Shown here piece by piece: positions 38,961-42,084 of a stretch of 42,084 nt of DNA. The DNA is from Bacteroidales bacterium. GTDB lineage: Bacteria; Bacteroidota; Bacteroidia; Bacteroidales; CAIWKO01. The DNA is taken from assembly GCA_035389045.1 (NCBI GenBank), contig DAOORA010000035.1, positions 1 through 42,084 on the forward strand, in the 5' to 3' direction. Below the pieces are notes generated by a model. That model saw only the letters and a program-made list of their open reading frames with translations, did not search any database and was not told where the DNA came from. How positions within the stretch are numbered: the stretch's first letter is position 1; every line of letters starts with the position of its first letter. Both the position numbers and the translations under genes were made by a program.

Positions 38961-41891
38961 ATGATCAAAAGAACCAAAATTGCTATGCCCCATCTGGTGT
39001 TATGGGTTTTGCTGAGTATTTTTTTTATTCAGAGTGCTTCGGCCCAGCAACGGAATTATACCACTGTACCCAATGATCCCCTGAATTCAAGGATCTACAC
39101 CCTGGACAACGGACTTACCGTGTACATGACCGTTTATAAAGACGAGCCCAGAGTACAGACCTACATCGCCACCAAAGCCGGTAGTAAAAACGATCCTTCG
39201 GATGCCACAGGACTGGCGCATTATTTTGAACATATGATGTTTAAAGGAACTGGAAAAATTGCCACGACGGATTACCAGAAAGAAGCCCCGCTGATTGCAC
39301 AAGTAGACAGCCTGTTTGAAGTGTACCGGCAGACCAGTACCGATAATAAAGAATCCCGTAACAAAGTGTATCGCCTGATCGACAGCATTTCCACGGTGGC
39401 ATCCCAATATGCTATCCCTAATGAATATGACAAACTTCTGGCTTATATCGGGGCAACCGGTACGAACGCATATACTTCACTGGAACAGACAGTGTATGTA
39501 AATACCATTCCCTCGAACCAGCTCGAAAACTGGATGATTATCGAAGCGGAACGGTTCAGGCAGCCCGTGCTGCGTTTGTTTCATACCGAGCTTGAAACTA
39601 TTTATGAAGAACATAATATGACGCTGACCAACGACGATGTGAAAATGTATTTTGCCATGCTGAAGGGATTGTTTCAAAAACACACTTATGGGACACAAAC
39701 GGTCATAGGTACGGCTGAACACCTCAAAAGCCCCTCAATGAAGAGGGTTCGTGAATTTTACAGTAATTATTACGTGCCTAATAATATGGCTATCTGCCTT
39801 TCGGGTGATTTTGACCCCGACCAGGCGATAGCCCTGATTGAGAAATATTTCGGATCGTATCCCCGAAAAGAAGTTATACCGTATAAGTTTGAACCGGAAG
39901 TCCCGATCACCGAACCCCTTATTATAACGGTCACAGGGCCGGATGCCGAAAGTGTGAATATTGCTTACCGGCTTGGCGGAGCCGGCACCGCGGATGCCGA
40001 CCTGCTGCCTGTTTTTGATATGATACTTGCTAACTCTGCTGCCGGCCTCATCGATCTCGACCTGATACAAAAACAAAAAGTATTATCGGCCTCAGCGTCT
40101 GCCGAAATCATGATGGATTATTCGTTTGAACTGCTGCAGGGTAAACCCAAAGAAGGCCAGACACTCGACCAGGTGAAAGACTTGCTCCTTGAACAAATAG
40201 AAAAAATCAAAAAAGGTGATTTTGAAGACTGGATGATAGATGCCATAATCACCGATATGAAATTAGAACAAATTAAAGATTTTGAAAAAAATGAATCCCG
40301 TGCGCGGGCATTCGTCGAAACCTTTACAACAGGCCAACCATGGGAGAAATTCGTGCAGAAATTCGACCGATACACCCGTATCACCAAAAAGGATATTGTT
40401 GAATTTGCAAACAAAAACTTCAATAATAATTACGTGCTGATCTATAAAAAGACCGGAAAAGATGAAATAGCGGACCAGAAAATCAAAAAACCCAAAATCA
40501 CCAAAATCAAAATTAACCGTGATGACAAATCGGAATTTTTTCAAAGCATTGAATCTCAAAATGTCACTGAAATAGAACCTGTGTTTCTGAATTATCAGAA
40601 AGACATTGTTCATTATCAGCAAAAAAATCTTGATATATACTATCTGAAAAACGAAGAAAACAAAACTTTCAACCTGTACTATGTTTTTGAGATGGGAACC
40701 AATAATGATAAAGTGCTTGGTGTGGCCATAGAATATCTCCAGTTTCTGGGAACATCCAAATATACTCCGGCACAGATCAAACAGGAGTTCTTCAAATTGG
40801 GATGTTCGTTTGATGTCTTCAATTCTGCCGAAAAAGTCTACGTTTCACTAAGCGGGCTTACGGAAAACATCGAAAAAGGCATAGCGCTGTTTGAATCACT
40901 TTTATCTGATGCACAACCCAATCCCGAAGCTTTATCCAATCTTGTCAAGGACAAATTAAAAGAACGTGATGACAACAAGAAAAACCAGCAGACCATTTTT
41001 TCATATATGGTTATGTACGGAATTTTCGGGGCTCAATCACCCGTTACAAATATTTTAAGTGCCGACGAACTTAATAAGCTGACAGCCCAGGAACTGGTGG
41101 ATAAAATAAAAAATCTCAACAAATATACTCATCATATCCTGTATTATGGAAGCAACACCCAACCGGAATTGCGTAATCTTATTGAGAAATATCATAATGT
41201 GCCGGCTGCATTTACGCCAATACCCACGGCAGCCGAATTCCCTGAATTAGCAGCAGATAAAACTGTTGTGTATCACGTAGAATACGATATGAAACAGGCC
41301 ATGCTTTTCATGCTTTCGCAGAGCGAAACGTTTAACAGGACCAATGAGCCGGTCATCAGGTTGTACAATGAATACTTCGGTGGCTCCATGAATGCCATTG
41401 TTTTCCAGGAAATGCGCGAATCAAGGGCGCTGGCTTATGCCGCTATGTCGTTTTATCAGAACCTTTTACAGAAAAAGGAGAGTCATTATTACAATATTTC
41501 TTTCATTATGACCCAGACCGATAAACTCGGCGAAGCGCTTGCCGCATTTTATGATCTGCTGAACAATATGCCCGAAGCTGAAAAATCTTTCGAACTGGCC
41601 AAAAACTCTATCATACAGTCTATGCGAACTGAACGCATAACCAAATCAGATATACTGTTCGATTATGAATCAGCAAAAAGGCTGGGAGTAGATTACGACC
41701 TCCGTCAGGACATTTTTAAGCAGGTTCCAGACCTGGCATTCAACGATGTGAAGGCCTTTCAGGAAAAATATGTGAAAGACAAGCCTCAGGTAATCCTTGT
41801 TCTGGGCCCTGAAAAATCAATTGATTTTAAAATGCTGAAAAAATACGGTAAAGTAAAAAAACTGAAACTGAAAGAGATTTTTGGTTATTGA
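38961..41891 (+). CDS. M16 (insulinase/pitrilysin) family zinc peptidase, exported
   Basis: Signal peptide; GLAHYFEHMMFKGT (HxxEH), NAYTS, ELETIYEE, RESRALAY. Confidence 0.92.
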   Translation: MIKRTKIAMPHLVLWVLLSIFFIQSASAQQRNYTTVPNDPLNSRIYTLDNGLTVYMTVYKDEPRVQTYIATKAGSKNDPSDATGLAHYFEHMMFKGTGKIATTDYQKEAPLIAQVDSLFEVYRQTSTDNKESRNKVYRLIDSISTVASQYAIPNEYDKLLAYIGATGTNAYTSLEQTVYVNTIPSNQLENWMIIEAERFRQPVLRLFHTELETIYEEHNMTLTNDDVKMYFAMLKGLFQKHTYGTQTVIGTAEHLKSPSMKRVREFYSNYYVPNNMAICLSGDFDPDQAIALIEKYFGSYPRKEVIPYKFEPEVPITEPLIITVTGPDAESVNIAYRLGGAGTADADLLPVFDMILANSAAGLIDLDLIQKQKVLSASASAEIMMDYSFELLQGKPKEGQTLDQVKDLLLEQIEKIKKGDFEDWMIDAIITDMKLEQIKDFEKNESRARAFVETFTTGQPWEKFVQKFDRYTRITKKDIVEFANKNFNNNYVLIYKKTGKDEIADQKIKKPKITKIKINRDDKSEFFQSIESQNVTEIEPVFLNYQKDIVHYQQKNLDIYYLKNEENKTFNLYYVFEMGTNNDKVLGVAIEYLQFLGTSKYTPAQIKQEFFKLGCSFDVFNSAEKVYVSLSGLTENIEKGIALFESLLSDAQPNPEALSNLVKDKLKERDDNKKNQQTIFSYMVMYGIFGAQSPVTNILSADELNKLTAQELVDKIKNLNKYTHHILYYGSNTQPELRNLIEKYHNVPAAFTPIPTAAEFPELAADKTVVYHVEYDMKQAMLFMLSQSETFNRTNEPVIRLYNEYFGGSMNAIVFQEMRESRALAYAAMSFYQNLLQKKESHYYNISFIMTQTDKLGEALAAFYDLLNNMPEAEKSFELAKNSIIQSMRTERITKSDILFDYESAKRLGVDYDLRQDIFKQVPDLAFNDVKAFQEKYVKDKPQVILVLGPEKSIDFKMLKKYGKVKKLKLKEIFGY

Positions 41892-41897
41892 TCCATT

Positions 41898-41929
41898 AAA
41901 AAAACCGTTCAGAAATGAACGGTTTTTTT
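41898..41929. terminator. Bidirectional rho-independent terminator
   Basis: AAAAAAACCGTTCA-GAAA-TGAACGGTTTTTTT. Confidence 0.85.
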
Positions 41930-42009
41930 AATGTTGTTATTTAAAACAATACAATATATTATCATTTTAAGAGACAATACATTATGTAATTTTTTGCATC
42001 TAATCATAA

Positions 42010-42084
42010 GAAACTGTTTTGATTTTATATTACATAAGATTTATGATGGATTTTTTAGCGAAACGAGGCAGATTTTGCAGACAT
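42010..42084 (-). mobile_element. Second copy of the MITE (or end of its parent IS), inverted, cut by the window end
   Basis: Reverse complement of 32114-32188 with 1 mismatch, preceded by TAA (42007-42009). Confidence 0.88.

Noticed and set aside
438..40622. Numerous antisense or alternate-frame ORFs inside long genes (e.g. 8651-9214, 26086-26616, 30965-31552)
   Set aside because: Shadow ORFs of well-supported genes with no recognisable motifs.

Overview
Mostly core chromosome of a Bacteroidota (probably Bacteroidales) bacterium, judged from T9SS C-terminal domains, TAnnTTTG promoters and an RprX/RprY-like pair. There is one scaffold gap (6688-6787). Housekeeping genes include lepA, a YebC-family gene, pgi, ahcY, dnaX, a complete Na+-translocating methylmalonyl-CoA decarboxylase operon (mce-mmdA-D-C-B), and M13 and M16 peptidases. 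Accessory genes are a solitary fused Type IIG-like restriction-modification enzyme, two tandem TMTC-like GT-C/TPR paralogues and another GT-C-like membrane protein. The most unusual signals are non-coding or missed by the ORF track. (1) Nested duplications of the pgi 3' end all begin at the same base of a 30-bp REP-like hairpin but have different lengths (30, 146, 292 bp). (2) A second REP-like hairpin family with covarying stems forms a ~141-bp tandem array and an inverted doublet cluster. (3) A 159-bp MITE with a TAA duplication has its empty site preserved in a paralogue and a second copy at the window end. (4) A candidate U-rich sRNA with anti-start-codon motifs lies divergent from rprXY, beside four GTTAA boxes at 10-bp spacing. 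(5) An A11 slippery run in dnaX has stops close by in both shifted frames. (6) A start-less C-terminal remnant of a Dam-like methyltransferase lies upstream of dnaX. No CRISPR array, rRNA, tRNA or transposase gene was seen. All family assignments come from motif recognition by eye, not database searches.
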